Assembly: GCA_958009085.1 (NCBI GenBank)
Contig: OY253677.1
Span: 496,001 to 560,000, forward strand
From: Protoeuglena noctilucae
Taxonomy: Eukaryota
Direction of reading: 5' to 3'
Length of the DNA stretch: 64,000 nt
Within the stretch, counting starts at the first letter, position 1. Each line of letters opens with the position of its first letter. Shown piece after piece: positions 62,405 through 64,000 of the stretch. The notes below the pieces were generated by a model. That model did not search any database. It was not told the DNA's origin and saw nothing but the letters and a program-made list of their open reading frames with translations. The position numbers and the translations under genes were made by a program.

Positions 62405-63023
62405 GTTCGAGCGATTGCAAAGCGCTGCTGGTAATATGCTGCTTCGATGATGCCAATCGGTGCAATCGCGGTCCCTCGCTCGTCGCCCGTCACGTCGATT
62501 GCGCTCCGTGTGCCGTGGGGACGGACCACAATGGCCCGAGTAGCTTCCCCTTATGAGGGAAGTTATCGTGGCATCTCGCGGAAGACCTTGCTGTATAAAT
62601 GCGCCGGCACTGGTCCGACCTGACCGACCTTTTGTCTGACAAAATTAGACCAGCTCACGTGCACATGTCGGCGTCATTCACTGGTTGATTATCTGCCCAA
62701 TGAACGTGATGTTTTCTGGAACGGCTGGCTGGGTCGACTTTTGATGGTTAGCAATCCCGCGGCCTCCGCGACGGCCGCGAGCTCCCACGGATAGCAGGTG
62801 TGACGCTTTTTCATGGCATTAGGCCCCATGAAATGTGCCAGCGTCGCCGGCGCGTGGGTGTCCCTGGGTGATCTGTCCGCGGACGCTGCACGCGCACAGC
62901 ACTTGTTCGGAGACGGCGCGCGTCGTGTTTGACTCTCAGGGTCGAAGCTTCGCAGGGCTGGACGGGCGGGCGCCCAAGTCGCCGCCAATCGCCCGCGCAG
63001 GGCCGCGAGTGGTGACTGCGGGC

Positions 63024-64000
63024 ATGGGGCCGGTGAGCGCCGCGCGGGAGCGGATCCGCGCCGCGGCGACGGGCGCATCCGCTACCTGTCTATCGATCCA
63101 AGTGCTCCCCTTGCGCTCGTGGCATCTCGACGCGTCTTCTGCCCGCAGGCCCAGGCGGCCCCGCCTCCGAAGGCGTCCAGCGGCGACTTCCCCGCGAAAG
63201 GTGCGAGCGCATCCGGCGGCATCGTTCTTGCTTTCCATGCGATGCGCGCGCGGGTGGGTAAGCCAGGCAAAGGCGCGGATCCCCTGCAGGCGGGCGATTC
63301 CTGGACCTCGACGATGGGGCGTTTGTGGAGAAGCGCGCCCCTTTCCTCAGCAGGAAGAACTGGCCGAGTCTGCTCGCCACGCTGGGCCTCGCGCTCGTCG
63401 CGTCGTTCGTCCTGCGCGCCCTGAGCGGTGAGCGCCGCGCTGCTGGCCCCCGTGCGTGCCCCTCACACACCCCTCACACACCCCCGGCTTTGCCCGGCGG
63501 CTACGCGGCACGGCGACCCACGTCCCGCCCCGCCGCTCCCGCAGCTAGCGTCGCGAGCAAGGACCGGGACGTCTTCTTGGTCCCCGACGCGCCCGGCATC
63601 GAGCTGCACTGGCTGCGGCACAACGCGACGAGCCCATGTCACCTCAAAGTCCTGGTGGCCCAGACGGTCGAGCCGGGCCCTTTCAAGGCGTTGCTGGACG
63701 CCAGCCTGCCCGTGAACCAGGCGTACGCGCAGGAGCGTGGGTACGACTACGTTTCGCTGACGGGCGTGGCGTACGGGGGCCTCAACCGCATGGCGACGTT
63801 CAACAAGATCTTCCTGCTGGACATGGTGGAGCGCATGGGGCAGTACGACGTGGTCTTCTACCTCGACGCGGACGCCATGGTGGTCAACCCGGGGCTGCGG
63901 GTCGAGGAGGTCGCTCCCCCATGGGCGCTCCTCACCGCCAGCCGCGGGCGCAAGGACCGGCGGTGGGACGTGAACGCGGGGGTGTTTCTGTGGAACCTGC
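63024..64000 (+). CDS. GT34-like (GMA12/MNN10) glycosyltransferase, type II membrane protein, runs off the window end
   Basis: TM LLATLGLALVASFVL, then NQAYAQERGYDY, FNKIFLL, YDVVFYLDADAMVVNP (DxD) and VNAGVFLWN. Confidence 0.8.

Noticed and set aside
1..64000. Introner-element family, rRNA, tRNA or telomerase RNA
   Set aside because: Introns share composition but I found no sequence family shared between them. No recognisable rRNA or tRNA is present. Isolated GGGTTAG words (e.g. 38752, 48864, 57719) lie in low-complexity introns.

Overview
This is GC-rich, intron-dense eukaryotic nuclear DNA, most consistent with a green alga: it carries a GARP/SHLQKY transcription factor, a MUB ubiquitin-fold protein, a plastid-type MiaB and a UhpC-type transporter. 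A 200-N gap (35147-35346) separates two pieces. The left piece holds about 14 spliced genes: an unknown gene, an HMG-box protein, TatD, TcdA, MED21, MUB with an upstream microprotein, cytochrome b561, a ZSWIM2-like E3 ligase, a membrane PDE-like protein, a coiled-coil orphan, DDX21/RH7, MiaB and a GARP factor cut by the gap. The right piece starts at a (CCCTAA)n telomere, followed by a P5A-ATPase, GT71 / PIG-B / GT71 mannosyltransferases, a TRIC-like channel, UhpC, an orphan and a GT34-like transferase. The most unusual signals are: (1) about 15 introns containing a near-exact copy of their own exon/intron junction; (2) long introns with G-rich 5' and C-rich 3' halves; (3) roughly 1 in 10 introns with GC donors; (4) two candidate bicistronic loci (microprotein-MUB and TatD-HMG); (5) a receptor-like phosphodiesterase lacking its metal ligands. 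All gene models were spliced by hand and family calls come from recalled motifs, not database searches. Start codons and small exons may be off.
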